Part shown: positions 34,224 through 46,800 of the stretch, piece after piece
Position numbering within the stretch: the stretch's first letter is position 1
Layout: every line of letters begins with the position of its first letter
Source: Nemertoderma westbladi
Taxonomy: Eukaryota > Animalia > Xenacoelomorpha
Reading direction: 5' to 3'
DNA: 64,000 nucleotides
Assembly (NCBI GenBank): GCA_032718475.1
Contig: JAUCBJ010000576.1
Coordinates: 21,582 to 85,581, forward strand
Position numbers and translations under genes: made by a program
Notes under the pieces: generated by a model
Seen by the model: only the letters and a program-made list of their open reading frames with translations
What the model was told of the DNA's origin: nothing
Database searches by the model: none

Positions 34224-35386
34224 TTTTCGCGCTTTCAGACCTTTAGCAGTTTAACCTGCCAATTTTAGGTGTCCTCTTGTTTATAAATCGACTTTAGCCT
34301 ATAACAAGTATTTAGTGCACATGAAGTTACATTAGCCGAAGCAAGTCTATGCGCGATCATTCACCCACTGTTAAGGGAGACTGGATTCGGGTGCTTTGAA
34401 GTGATTACGGTGCAGACCTACTGTATTATTCGATTGGTCGTTACTATATAATCTCTGACAATATTATTCACTTTCCGGGAAATATTAACAGTTCCTTTAG
34501 GACGTGGCGCTTTAAGTATATAAAACAGAGTTATGACTTATACTAAACACAACTAGATGGCTACTGAGTTTCGTAAATAGCGCATTCTTTAGGAGATGCT
34601 TTATTATCTGTCACACTACTTCACACGACTTCACACTACTTCACACTGATCTGCCGACTGTCACTGAATTTGATCATATATAAGGAGGATAGCAACTGAC
34701 ACATGTAGGGATTATGAAATAGTATTTAATTCACACAAAATAATGTAAGTCGCAATTGCTAAAGGTAACAGGTCCCTCTTACCTTCAGTAATCAAGAAGA
34801 TTGGGGGTTTTATGATTATTTATCGGTATTCTCCAAATATAACAACATATCCATCAATATATAACAATTAATAACAGACAGTAAAATAATGCGGTGAACA
34901 ATCAGTATATGTTACTTATGCAAGTCAGTTCAGCAGTTTGAGTTGATATGTGGATTGAGTTGTCGAGATAATAGATTTACGTTCTTGTAATCAAAGCTAT
35001 CTAATGTTTGGCCAAAGTCTGAAACTTCTACAGAAGCACAGAAGAATTCTAAGCCGGTGTTCTGAGGCTCAGAAAAGGTAAACAAAGACCGTAATGCATT
35101 GCGCGGTTTTACATAGGCCCTTGTCCAACATAAAATGAAAATCGCTCTGATTGGCTGAGCAGAACAAGGAGGTTCCACGTTTACAGAAAATCAGCTGACA
35201 GATTTCGTCATCTGAGCTCCAGTCTTTTAGAGTATTAGGCGCATTGCGGCAAAAAATGACTTGTTATGTCCGCTAAAGCACCTACACGGTACATTGCGGA
35301 GAAAAATGACTTGTTATGTCCGCTAAAGCACCTACACGGTATATTGCGGAGAAAAATGACTTATTATGTCCGCAAAAGCTTTTACA
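34224..35386 (-). repeat. BEL-C 3' LTR (about 1160 bp)
   Basis: Starts TGTAAA after the PPT; about 50-bp x3 repeat at 35241-35380; CCAAT at about 35150; TATATA at about 34680; TCAGT Inr-like at about 34647; terminal CA mutated to AA. Confidence 0.9.
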
Positions 35387-35464
35387 CCGCTCCCAGAAAA
35401 TGGGATTTAATTCTATAAAATATAAAAAATCACAGTTTCTAAAATATAAAAATACTCTAAACAG

Positions 35465-36937
35465 TTAGTCCTTCTTACGTGAACGGCGTTTACGCAGTTT
35501 TTTGAGGCTAGCAAGAGTCCTTTTCTCTTTGGGGTGAGCCACTTTACTAGGAGGGCTATAACTCCTGGGTGAAGGGTGCAATACAATTGCATCGGAAGGT
35601 TTAGGGTTACGGTCGGTGTATCCGCCGGTCGAGGCACCCGGTTGATCGATATCAACCTCAGTGGAGCGAGGTCGAACAACCTTCAGAGCGCGTTTCAGGA
35701 CAGCAGCTCTTACTGGTCCCTGACGAGTCGTCTGCACGAGAGCGGTAGGTGGACAGTGAGTAGTGAGAAATTTCCTCGGTTTGATGGTTCTTTCTAACTC
35801 GTGTTCTCGGGCTCTATATTCATAGGGTCGTCTATGAACTTCCTGTAGTTCTGGATGCGAGTTGATGAACAAGTCACCATATTCCGGATCTTGACGGATG
35901 AAGTTGATCAAGTTATAGAAATTAAGATCATTGGGATTAATGTTCCTGAGATATTTACGAACAAATTTGGTCGAAATATTCTCGCCAACACGCTTCATTA
36001 GTTCGTAACTCGGTGTGCGAGATTTTTGCTCAACGGAAGCAAATAGATACGGGTGAAACGCATAAACTCCTTCATAGGCGGGTCCAGGGTAATATCGATG
36101 ACGTGACTCACAGTGTAGATCCGCGTTCGCTTCCCAGGCTCGAATGTAGCGTAGGGTAATCATTTCATCTACGCTTTCCAGATCTCGGTTGAAAGGGCAA
36201 TCAAAACTTGCATGTCCTTTAAACTGACAATGATGGCATTGAGTCATAAATTGATTAATTGACTGATAAAATGTGTAAGTTATTGAGTCTACAGTACGCA
36301 CAATAGATCTCCATCGTAGGTTGTTCAGGGAAGTAGGAGCAGGGTACGTTGGAGTCCACCAGGGTGAAATGGTCTCGAGATGCGCATAATCGTTCGCGGC
36401 CTCATAATAATTGATGCAACGTTTCCTAGAAACATAATTGGCATGCCGATAATCGTACACGGTGAGACATTGTGGACCTTGATACCATTCCAGGACGTAG
36501 TCGTTGTCACTGCTCCGCGGCACTGTGGGCTGAATCTCCTCGGATTCTAAACATATTGGTTCGTCTTCCAATTGCATAGCTGAGGTAGGTGTAGCTGTCT
36601 CCTCAAGCGAACCCAATGTCTGAACTTCCACGATAGAATAACCCGTGGGGATTCGGGGTCTTTGTATAACAGAGGAATGTAAGTTCTGTATACAAACGTC
36701 CTTGAAAATGGCGAATCCAGCGCTGTCTAACTTCTCAGCAGCTGAGTCTCTTAGGCTGAGCTTGGTCAGAGCGCGGTCCTTGAACTGACTATCAACATTA
36801 CGGAACGGAGTCAGAAAGCACCTAAAGCATTCGAAGCGGATGAATTTATTGTGTTCATCTAGCTTGGCGAGTTTGGTTCCAAGTATCAAGGGATGGGCGC
36901 GTATAGTACGACTGCACAGTACACATCGGCTAGCCAA
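35465..36937 (-). CDS. BEL-C accessory ORF-C: putative C2-C2 finger, CCHC knuckle, basic NLS-like tail; function unknown
   Basis: CVLC...CFRC; CHHCQFKGHASFDC (CX2CX4HX4C); KKLRKRRSRKK. Homologs at 19121-19606 and about 23500-23851. Confidence 0.75.
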   Translation of the reverse strand: MASRCVLCSRTIRAHPLILGTKLAKLDEHNKFIRFECFRCFLTPFRNVDSQFKDRALTKLSLRDSAAEKLDSAGFAIFKDVCIQNLHSSVIQRPRIPTGYSIVEVQTLGSLEETATPTSAMQLEDEPICLESEEIQPTVPRSSDNDYVLEWYQGPQCLTVYDYRHANYVSRKRCINYYEAANDYAHLETISPWWTPTYPAPTSLNNLRWRSIVRTVDSITYTFYQSINQFMTQCHHCQFKGHASFDCPFNRDLESVDEMITLRYIRAWEANADLHCESRHRYYPGPAYEGVYAFHPYLFASVEQKSRTPSYELMKRVGENISTKFVRKYLRNINPNDLNFYNLINFIRQDPEYGDLFINSHPELQEVHRRPYEYRAREHELERTIKPRKFLTTHCPPTALVQTTRQGPVRAAVLKRALKVVRPRSTEVDIDQPGASTGGYTDRNPKPSDAIVLHPSPRSYSPPSKVAHPKEKRTLASLKKLRKRRSRKKD

Positions 36938-37487
36938 CCGGCAAGATCTTGAAGATAGTGTATATAGCTAATGAGGGACGAAGTGGAACACTCATAAAGC
37001 TATAAACGACGCCAGGGGCGGTCACGGTCAATGGTCCGTCAAAGTATAATCGAAAATAATGATCTCCATATACTTGTTGATAGTTGATAGGGTTTCCGAC
37101 TTTGAAATTACATCCATATTCTTGGAAGGCAAGATGTCCGATGGAGGTTCGTTGTACTTTATTGATGCCACTGGGTGTATTGGCATACATAGTTCGGAAG
37201 AAACCTCGGCCTTCTGCCCAGGGAGAAATCAGCTGGGTGTCTACGAAAGGATATGGGATATTCTCCATGTTCCTGAAGTCGTTTTGGAGATCTCCATAAA
37301 CAGATGAGCCGATTTTAAGGATTCTTTCGTTAAACAACATCTCGAGCACTGGCTGGGGTAACATCGATCCATCTATACCCATGACCGGTTTGCGCACAGT
37401 GTCGGTGACGTAGCGCTGCGCGAGTTCGAATTGTCCATGTCGGAGTTTCTTTTGTATCGCGGTGAGAGTCTCACAAAGAATGATCAA
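36930..37487 (-). CDS. BEL-C accessory ORF-B, unknown function
   Basis: 185 aa. Overlaps ORF-A and ORF-C by a few codons, starts at TTG, and is probably part of one frameshifted ORF. Confidence 0.55.
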   Translation of the reverse strand: MIILCETLTAIQKKLRHGQFELAQRYVTDTVRKPVMGIDGSMLPQPVLEMLFNERILKIGSSVYGDLQNDFRNMENIPYPFVDTQLISPWAEGRGFFRTMYANTPSGINKVQRTSIGHLAFQEYGCNFKVGNPINYQQVYGDHYFRLYFDGPLTVTAPGVVYSFMSVPLRPSLAIYTIFKILPVG

Positions 37488-39066
37488 TCACGTCGGAACA
37501 CGCTCGAGTAAACACGTGGGTAGAACCAGCTAGTCCTCGTATATGTATCATGCGCATAGTTCCCAGTTCTCCAACCGGAACGTTACCTTCGTTATCGTAA
37601 GTGACAACTCCATACATTTCGATAACATTAAGAGTTTTGTTCCACTCTTTAGTGGCGTTTTCTAGGGTCATCCCCACCGGATGCCACAAGGTGGCGCATT
37701 CGCTAGTATTAGGTAGATCCCTATACTTCAGATACTGTGTAGTATAAGTCTCTACATCTCCATATCGTTGTATTCTCTCTTCCTCAAATAATACGTCGAG
37801 ATTCCAGTGGACTAATCGAGTTTTAATAAATCCATCGAGATTATACGGAGGCATTATATCCTTCTCTATTCTGGAAACATTGTAGGGTTTTCTGAATGAG
37901 TTTACTTTCACTAACTGATCCAGATGTTTCTGCAGTTGTTCGAGTTCGACAAGATCGAGGGGATTTATTAGTGGTAGAAACCTTAGACTATGTGTAGGAT
38001 CTTCCGGTTTTACCATATAATATTGAGTTAGATTGACATAATAAGGGTGGTCTTTGATCCCATAAAACGAGTTCGGTAAAGGTCTAGCGCGTATGTTGAC
38101 CTCGTGTACCATACGACGGACAAGATCCGCTCGATTGTCCAGAGGTTCAACGAGTATACCGTCAACACGAGCGGCCTCGATTGGCGGATGTTGTAACATA
38201 GGAGCGTCAGCGATAAGATCTCGAGATCTTAGGTTGATATCAACCGGTTGGGGTTGTACCATGGCGAAGAGTTTGTCTCCGAAATGGGGAACCATTGAAG
38301 GATGAATAATGGTTTTGGAATAGAAATCGGTCATAAGTATTTGAGCTTCTGGCTGGGCTAAAGCTGCTTCTTCTCTCTCGTCCATTTCGATATGCTTCTC
38401 CTCGAGCTGATTTTCCTCCGCTTGTTTTTGGAAGCGTTCGTCCAAAAACTCTTGTAGAGAATAGGTTCGTCCAAGTTCGATGTCTTCCTCGAGGTTCTGG
38501 ATTTCTCGATCGAACTGGGGTAAGGCTAATTCCTTTACTGCTTGGACTTGCTGCTGCAATTTATGTTTCTCCAAACAATCGTAAGTTCCTTTTCCGATCT
38601 TCTGCCGAATAGCGTCTAATGCGTTTCGTACAACGCTCTCCTCGATTTCGGTGACGGGTTGTATCGGGGTTAAACCGGAACGATTATACGGGTTGAACGG
38701 TGATATTAGATGTCCACGTCCCAATCCGGCTAGGTATGATGGGCGAATATCTAGAGAGCCCACTACCAGAGTGCCACCGATTAATTGTTCGGGTAACACG
38801 AGATCTTTGAACAGTGAGTACAGTTCAGGAGGATCCGTTATACTATTAGGATCAAGAGTTTGACGTCTCACTAGGGAATGAGGAGGTCTGACCGAGTATT
38901 CCGGAACTCTGATCATCGGTTTATTTAAGGATCGTTTGAGTCGAGCGAGTGTAGGTGATACGTCGAACAAGTTTCGCTCGAAACTCCCGTAAGTATAGCG
39001 AGTAAAACTGTGTTTAGCGCAATGTCTCCGCGGATGTTTATGTCTTTCCGTTGGCTGGTTGGGTCT
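37471..39066 (-). CDS. BEL-C accessory ORF-A, unknown function (N-terminus cut by RTE insertion)
   Basis: About 530 aa open, with a coiled-coil segment. Second copy at about 22956-23490. Confidence 0.7.
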   Translation of the reverse strand, partial: RPNQPTERHKHPRRHCAKHSFTRYTYGSFERNLFDVSPTLARLKRSLNKPMIRVPEYSVRPPHSLVRRQTLDPNSITDPPELYSLFKDLVLPEQLIGGTLVVGSLDIRPSYLAGLGRGHLISPFNPYNRSGLTPIQPVTEIEESVVRNALDAIRQKIGKGTYDCLEKHKLQQQVQAVKELALPQFDREIQNLEEDIELGRTYSLQEFLDERFQKQAEENQLEEKHIEMDEREEAALAQPEAQILMTDFYSKTIIHPSMVPHFGDKLFAMVQPQPVDINLRSRDLIADAPMLQHPPIEAARVDGILVEPLDNRADLVRRMVHEVNIRARPLPNSFYGIKDHPYYVNLTQYYMVKPEDPTHSLRFLPLINPLDLVELEQLQKHLDQLVKVNSFRKPYNVSRIEKDIMPPYNLDGFIKTRLVHWNLDVLFEEERIQRYGDVETYTTQYLKYRDLPNTSECATLWHPVGMTLENATKEWNKTLNVIEMYGVVTYDNEGNVPVGELGTMRMIHIRGLAGSTHVFTRACSDVIDHSL

Positions 39067-39067
39067 A

Positions 39068-40872
39068 GGGCCGCAGGCAATCATCCCAGGCATGGAAATC
39101 GATCAATCTGCTTACTGGGCGGAAAAGCCAACCAACCACCAAGGTTAAGGCTGAATCACCAGCCGATCGCCTCAATGGTTGGAAAGCCCACTTTGAAAAG
39201 CTCCTCAATAATGACAGGGTATTGCCTGGTAACTTTATAGAAGTAAAAGTGTCTGAGTCTGTACTCCCAGATATTCCCATTGGCGATATCTCCTTTGCAG
39301 AAGTGAAGGCTGCTGCAAAGAGCATTAAGACCAATCGTGCCAGTGGAGTAGATGGTGTTCTCCCTGAGGTCTTTAAAATACCTGAGTGTTTAAAGCTCAT
39401 CTATCCCATCATAGTAGACATGTACCGTACAACAAGAGTCCCACAAGAAATGAAAACAAATAAGTTGGTGCCAGTTCCCAAGAAGGGCAACCTAACACTC
39501 TATGGTTCTTTTCGGGGAATCTCATTGATCTCGATTGCTGCAAAACTATACAATAGAATTCTATTAAATCGCATCAGGGATCCCATTGAGAGACTGCTAC
39601 ATGGAAATCAGAATGGGTTCCGTAAAGGTCGTGGGACCATGGAGCCCATTTGGCACTTAGAAGGATAATTGAAGAGTTATCAAAAAAGAAAGACAGGCAT
39701 CTGGCTGTTATCTTTGTTGACTTCTTCAAGGCCTTTGATTCAGTCTCTCGCTCACGTATGTTCAACATACTTTCATTATATGGGATTCCTGATGAAATTA
39801 TTGCAGCAATCAGATCAGTATACGATGGTTCGACAACATTTGTGTCTACTGTTGACGGTGACACAGAACCATTTGAAGTGTTATGGGGTGTCCTCCAAGG
39901 AGACACACTTGCACCATTCTTGTTCATTATTGTGGTTGACTATGTTCTACGCATGTCCTTAGATCATCATAATGATGATGGGGTTATGATAACTCCACCT
40001 ACTGGCTCCAGAAGTCGAGGAAATCCTGCCAAGTACCTAACTGATCTAGACTTTGCTGATGACTTAGGAGTACTCTCAGAATCATTAGAGGGAGCCCAGC
40101 AGCTCCTCAGCTCATTAGAACATGCTGCTTCTACTGTTGGTCTTTTTATTAACTTCAGAAAGACCAAAATTCTGACAGTTAACTTTGAAAGTCCTCAGCA
40201 AGTCTCTGATCGGATGAGCATAAGCTCAAAGGATGGTCTGCTTGAGCATGTGGACGACTTCTGTTACCTGGGATCATGGATCCGGAAGTCAGGTGAGGAC
40301 CTTCGAATACGTAAGGGAAAGGCATGGACAGCCTTGAATAGGCTTTCCAGGATTTGGAAGTCACCTAGAATTAATCGGAAACTTAAGGTCCGATTATTTA
40401 GAGCAGCAGTAGTTCCAGTACTCCTCTACGGGAGTCCATGCTGGGCTCTAACTGCTGAGGACACCAAATCTCTGGATGGCACATTCACAAGAATGCTACG
40501 CCGGGTACATTGTGTCAAGTACAATGCACACATCTCCAACCAGACACTATATAACATTGGAGGTGTCTCATTGGTTCCCCCAAGCTTGACACTAGAACGA
40601 AATCGCCTCTGTTTTGCAGGACATTGCTTTCGCCGTGAGGACCAGCCAGTGCATAATCTTGTACTTTGGCAGCCTCATGGAGTGAATAAGCATGGTGGAC
40701 AGCCCATGACTTTCTTGCGACGCATCTTAAAGGACACTGGCCTTAAAGATGCGGATGATCTAGCAAATGTCATGGGTGATAGGGAGTTGTGGCGGTGCAA
40801 TTTTGTTGACAAGCCGGCACAGCATTCTTAAAAATGCAGCTGCAATGCAGCATGCCTATCCTAGTAGTAGTA
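39068..40872 (+). mobile_element. 5'-truncated RTE-like LINE (RT domain)
   Basis: KKGNL...FRGISL, QNGFRKGR, FVDFFKAFDSV, GVLQGDTLAPFLF, DFADD, FCYLGS, VLLYGS; (TAG)n tail at 40862-40872; frameshift near 39650. Confidence 0.92.
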
Positions 40873-43800
40873 TTTTCGGTGAGGAGGTCGATTGTATTTT
40901 CCTCGTCGAATAATTGGTTGATATCGTCATTATCTGAGAAGTATGGTGTTCCCTCAGTTGTGGTCTCTCCCTCACTGATTTCTTCTTCCCATTCACTCAC
41001 CTGATGTACCTTGTCGTTAGGTAGTCTTTCCATGAGTGTTACTCTCATCCCTACTCTTGTTCCTACTGAGTTCCTACTTGAGTGTTCCTACTCTCATTCT
41101 TCCCGCATATGTTTGTAATGGTTGCGGTCGAGCAGGCCGTTTTTCTAATGTCTCAAGCGCCTCATGCGCGTTTTGGCCGATCAATATCTGCACCCCTGGG
41201 TAGTTGGTGTTGAATCTAGGGATATCATGCTGCTGGTTAAAATGGTCTTCATCCCAGTTGTAAGGTTCTACTTGGCTGGTAGCAAAGTTCTTTATCGCCA
41301 CCATTTTTACTGACCTTATGCTATGTTCTCCTAGTTCATCCTGGGGAGTGGACAACGCGCCTACATAGTAGTCTGTAGCTACTGTGGATTTCCAAACCTG
41401 CATAATTCCTGAAAGATTCAACTTAGTTCGGAACTTGGGTTGTCCAGCAAAGATGTCTTTGGCTAGTTCTTTGTCGATGAATGTTCCTGTGCTGCCGGAG
41501 TCCAGGAGGGCGTTTACTATAAAACTCTTACCTGGCCCATGGACTCTCAGCTGAACTACTGGGAATTCCCGGATTCCGACGTTGGAAGTTGGCGCTTTCC
41601 AAGATGGTTGTCGGTCCAGAATAGTCAGTTGCGTTTCGTTATCGGTTTCAGTCTCATACATAAGCGCTCGATACACTGCGGTGTTTATCATATAACAGGA
41701 TTCGATTTCGTCGGAGAATTCGTCCGTGTAAAATCCTTCCATCTCAGAACTGTGGTCAGTGTCGTTCACATCACTGAATTGGACATGTAGTTCGGGCTCA
41801 CTTACCTGACTCGTGCGGGTTCTTTCAAATTCTGTGTGCAGCAAGATATGATGTTTCGCACCGCACTTAGCGCACCTCGTGTCTGAGTAACAGGTCCGCC
41901 GTTGGTGTCCTTGTCTGAGACAATTATAACACAACCGCTTATCCCACATGACATCACGTCTATCCTTTAGGGATTTCTTCAAGAATTCATCACATCCACT
42001 TAAACGATGGGGCCCGTCGCACAATGCACATTTGGGTTTGATGTTACTTACTTTAACCTATGTTGTGTTGTGCACACTTGTTCTTTCCTCGGGCTTTCTT
42101 CCATGAATTATCTTAGGAGACGTAGGAGGAGTTTTTGTTACCTGTTCTCTCCTGTCACTGGTTCGAGACTTAGATTTACTTACGTCTTTCGGTGTTTTGT
42201 TGACATAGTAAGATTTTTCGGTGTCTTTCCCGCTGTTCTCCTCTTGGGAGGTTTGGCTTTCGCCGTCGTCTGTATAACACACTGGTGTTACCTTTCTCCT
42301 AGAAACGGGTTTTTCACTCACCTTATTCTCCGGTGTCTTCTCTCGGGTCTGCTTTAGGAGCTGTAATCTTACCTCTCCATTTAAGAATGACATGAGATCA
42401 GCCATGGTAGGGTCTCTTTGTTGCTGGTCCATCATATAGAGAACTCTTTTGTCCCAACGAGTACCTACTCCACCCTTCGGCAAAGTAGATGCCACGGCTC
42501 CAACAACCATAGAACTCTGATATTCATTAGACTTACCTAGCCAATCCAACTGTCTACAGATCTCCTGGATCTTATCGGAAAATTCTATAATCCCGCTGCT
42601 AAGGAACTTTCGGGGCGCTACTAATTTCGCATACAAATACCTAGCTATGTTAGTCCTATTACCATACCTGATGTTTAGTGTATCCCAAACTTGTCTTAAT
42701 CCATCTGGATGTCCAATAAACTTTAACGCCATTAACTTGGGAGGTCCTTCCAAGCACTCGATGAGGAATCTAAGTTTCTCTCCGTGGGATAGTATGGAAC
42801 TCTGTATGTTATCTTTATAATACTCATTAAAAGGTAACCATTTCATCTCATCTCCATTGAACTTGATGATCTCTCCCACCTATACCGCTTGACGGGCTTC
42901 GGTTCTAGCCATTTGACGCGTAAAACTTTCTTGGGCCATCGTATTATTTAATATCGAGTTATCGGTATATAAATTTCTCGGATTATGATCAGGTCTATAT
43001 GGAATATCATTATCAACAGGTTTATAATTACCCTTAATAGGGTTCACTATAGGAGTTTCTACTTCACTAGCAGTATAGATGCATGTAGGCTACACACCTT
43101 GCGCATGAAATACTTCAGACCTAACAGGTTGACACATTGTTACAGGGGGTGGTGGTATACCCCTTTGTATATTTACCAATTTATCGCGTTCTAACGCGAT
43201 ACTCTGCTGCACTTCTTGCAACTCTAACCTACCCTCTCTTACTGTTCCCTTTAACTGCTGAACAGTCCCCTCCAACTCTCGGACCTGTTGGGAGGTACGT
43301 ATACGATGTTCCTCCATCTGCCCGAGCAGGAGATCCATCCCCCGCCATCGCTCATCCACCCATTCTACCTCCGAAGCGGGAGCCGCCAACATAGTAGCGG
43401 GTAGACGAGGGACGACGGGCGACAAATCGTTCATGTCTTGCTCGGCGTCCAGGACCGGGATTGATTCAGGGGCTATTCTACTGGGCACAGGTAGTTTAGT
43501 ACTGTGCAAAGGGAATTTAGAGTTAGGTTCTGGAAGTACAGGGGTCTCTATCACAGAGGGGGTGGCTTCAAGAACAGGCCTAATTATTTCAGGCTCATCT
43601 ACTATAGTACGGAGTCTTTCTACTCTAATAATTTGATCTGTAGGCTCAGGATTACTTAAATCTACACTGGCTAGTTGCCTTCTCACAGCTGGGGGCAAAT
43701 TAGGCAATTTCTGCCGGTGCAGCACCCTTCTACGTCCGCTGGAACGAGATTTATTTCCTCTACCTTCAGGATCTGTTGTATCTCCTTCATTTATGGGGTG

Positions 43801-46800
43801 TCCTCCAAGGAGACACACTTGCACCATTCTTGTTCATTATTGTGGTTGACTATGTTCTACGCATGTCCTTAGATCATCATAATGATGATGGGGTTATGAT
43901 AACTCCACCTACTGGCTCCAGAAGTCGAGGAAATCCTGCCAAGTACCTAACTGATCTAGACTTTGCTGATGACTTAGGAGTACTCTCAGAATCATTAGAG
44001 GGAGCCCAGCAGCTCCTCAGCTCATTAGAACATGCTGCTTCTACTGTTGGTCTTTTTATTAACTTCAGAAAGACCAAAATTCTGACAGTTAACTTTGAAA
44101 GTCCTCAGCAAGTCTCTGATCGGATGAGCATAAGCTCAAAGGATGGTCTGCTTGAGCATGTGGACGACTTCTGTTACCTGGGATCATGGATCCGGAAGTC
44201 AGGTGAGGACCTTCGAATACGTAAGGGAAAGGCATGGACAGCCTTGAATAGGCTTTCCAGGATTTGGAAGTCACCTAGAATTAATCGGAAACTTAAGGTC
44301 CGATTATTTAGAGCAGCAGTAGTTCCAGTACTCCTCTACGGGAGTCCATGCTGGGCTCTAACTGCTGAGGACACCAAATCTCTGGATGGCACATTCACAA
44401 GAATGCTACGCCGGGTACATTGTGTCAAGTACAATGCACACATCTCCAACCAGACACTATATAACATTGGAGGTGTCTCATTGGTTCCCCCAAGCTTGAC
44501 ACTAGAACGAAATCGCCTCTGTTTTGCAGGACATTGCTTTCGCCGTGAGGACCAGCCAGTGCATAATCTTGTACTTTGGCAGCCTCATGGAGTGAATAAG
44601 CATGGTGGACAGCCCATGACTTTCTTGCGACGCATCTTAAAGGACACTGGCCTTAAAGATGCGGATGATCTAGCAAATGTCATGGGTGATAGGGAGTTGT
44701 GGCGGTGCAATTTTGTTGACAAGCCGGCACAGCATTCTTAAAAATGCAGCTGCAATGCAGCATGCCTATCCTAGTAGTAGTATTTTCGGTGAGGAGGTCG
44801 ATTGTATTTTCCTCGTCGAATAATTGGTTGATATCGTCATTATCTGAGAAGTATGGTGTTCCCTCAGTTGTGGTCTCTCCCTCACTGATTTCTTCTTCCC
44901 ATTCACTCACCTGATGTACCTTGTCGTTAGGTAGTCTTTCCATGAGTGTTACTCTCATCCCTACTCTTGTTCCTACTGAGTTCCTACTTGAGTGTTCCTA
45001 CTCTCATTCTTCCCGCATATGTTTGTAATGGTTGCGGTCGAGCAGGCCGTTTTTCTAATGTCTCAAGCGCCTCATGCGCGTTTTGGCCGATCAATATCTG
45101 CACCCCTGGGTAGTTGGTGTTGAATCTAGGGATATCATGCTGCTGGTTAAAATGGTCTTCATCCCAGTTGTAAGGTTCTACTTGGCTGGTAGCAAAGTTC
45201 TTTATCGCCACCATTTTTACTGACCTTATGCTATGTTCTCCTAGTTCATCCTGGGGAGTGGACAACGCGCCTACATAGTCTGTAGCTACTGTGGATTTCC
45301 AAACCTGCATAATTCCTGAAAGATTCAACTTAGTTCGGAACTTGGGTTGTCCAGCAAAGATGTCTTTGGCTAGTTCTTTGTCGATGAATGTTCCTGTGCT
45401 GCCGGAGTCCAGGAGGGCGTTTACTATAAAACTCTTACCTGGCCCATGGACTCTCAGCTGAACTACTGGGAATTCCCGGATTCCGACGTTGGAAGTTGGC
45501 GCTTTCCAAGATGGTTGTCGGTCCAGAATAGTCAGTTGCGTTTCGTTATCGGTTTCAGTCTCATACATAAGCGCTCGATACACTGCGGTGTTTATCATAT
45601 AACAGGATTCGATTTCGTCGGAGAATTCGTCCGTGTAAAATCCTTCCATCTCAGAACTGTGGTCAGTGTCGTTCACATCACTGAATTGGACATGTAGTTC
45701 GGGCTCACTTACCTGACTCGTGCGGGTTCTTTCAAATTCTGTGTGCAGCAAGATATGATGTTTCGCACCGCACTTAGCGCACCTCGTGTCTGAGTAACAG
45801 GTCCGCCGTTGGTGTCCTTGTCTGAGACAATTATAACACAACCGCTTATCCCACATGACATCACGTCTATCCTTTAGGGATTTCTTCAAGAATTCATCAC
45901 ATCCACTTAAACGATGGGGCCCGTCGCACAATGCACATTTGGGTTTGATGTTACTTACTTTAACCTATGTTGTGTTGTGCACACTTGTTCTTTCCTCGGG
46001 CTTTCTTCCATGAATTATCTTAGGAGACGTAGGAGGAGTTTTTGTTACCTGTTCTCTCCTGTCACTGGTTCGAGACTTAGATTTACTTACGTCTTTCGGT
46101 GTTTTGTTGACATAGTAAGATTTTTCGGTGTCTTTCCCGCTGTTCTCCTCTTGGGAGGTTTGGCTTTCGCCGTCGTCTGTATAACACACTGGTGTTACCT
46201 TTCTCCTAGAAACGGGTTTTTCACTCACCTTATTCTCCGGTGTCTTCTCTCGGGTCTGCTTTAGGAGCTGTAATCTTACCTCTCCATTTAAGAATGACAT
46301 GAGATCAGCCATGGTAGGGTCTCTTTGTTGCTGGTCCATCATATAGAGAACTCTTTTGTCCCAACGAGTACCTACTCCACCCTTCGGCAAAGTAGATGCC
46401 ACGGCTCCAACAACCATAGAACTCTGATATTCATTAGACTTACCTAGCCAATCCAACTGTCTACAGATCTCCTGGATCTTATCGGAAAATTCTATAATCC
46501 CGCTGCTAAGGAACTTTCGGGGCGCTACTAATTTCGCATACAAATACCTAGCTATGTTAGTCCTATTACCATACCTGATGTTTAGTGTATCCCAAACTTG
46601 TCTTAATCCATCTGGATGTCCAATAAACTTTAACGCCATTAACTTGGGAGGTCCTTCCAAGCACTCGATGAGGAATCTAAGTTTCTCTCCGTGGGATAGT
46701 ATGGAACTCTGTATGTTATCTTTATAATACTCATTAAAAGGTAACCATTTCATCTCATCTCCATTGAACTTGATGATCTCTCCCACCTATACCGCTTGAC

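Noticed and set aside
35465-39066. Env gene call for the BEL-C 3' ORFs
   Set aside because: No signal peptide, transmembrane anchor or Cys-rich ectodomain is visible. A basic tail and zinc knuckle are present instead.
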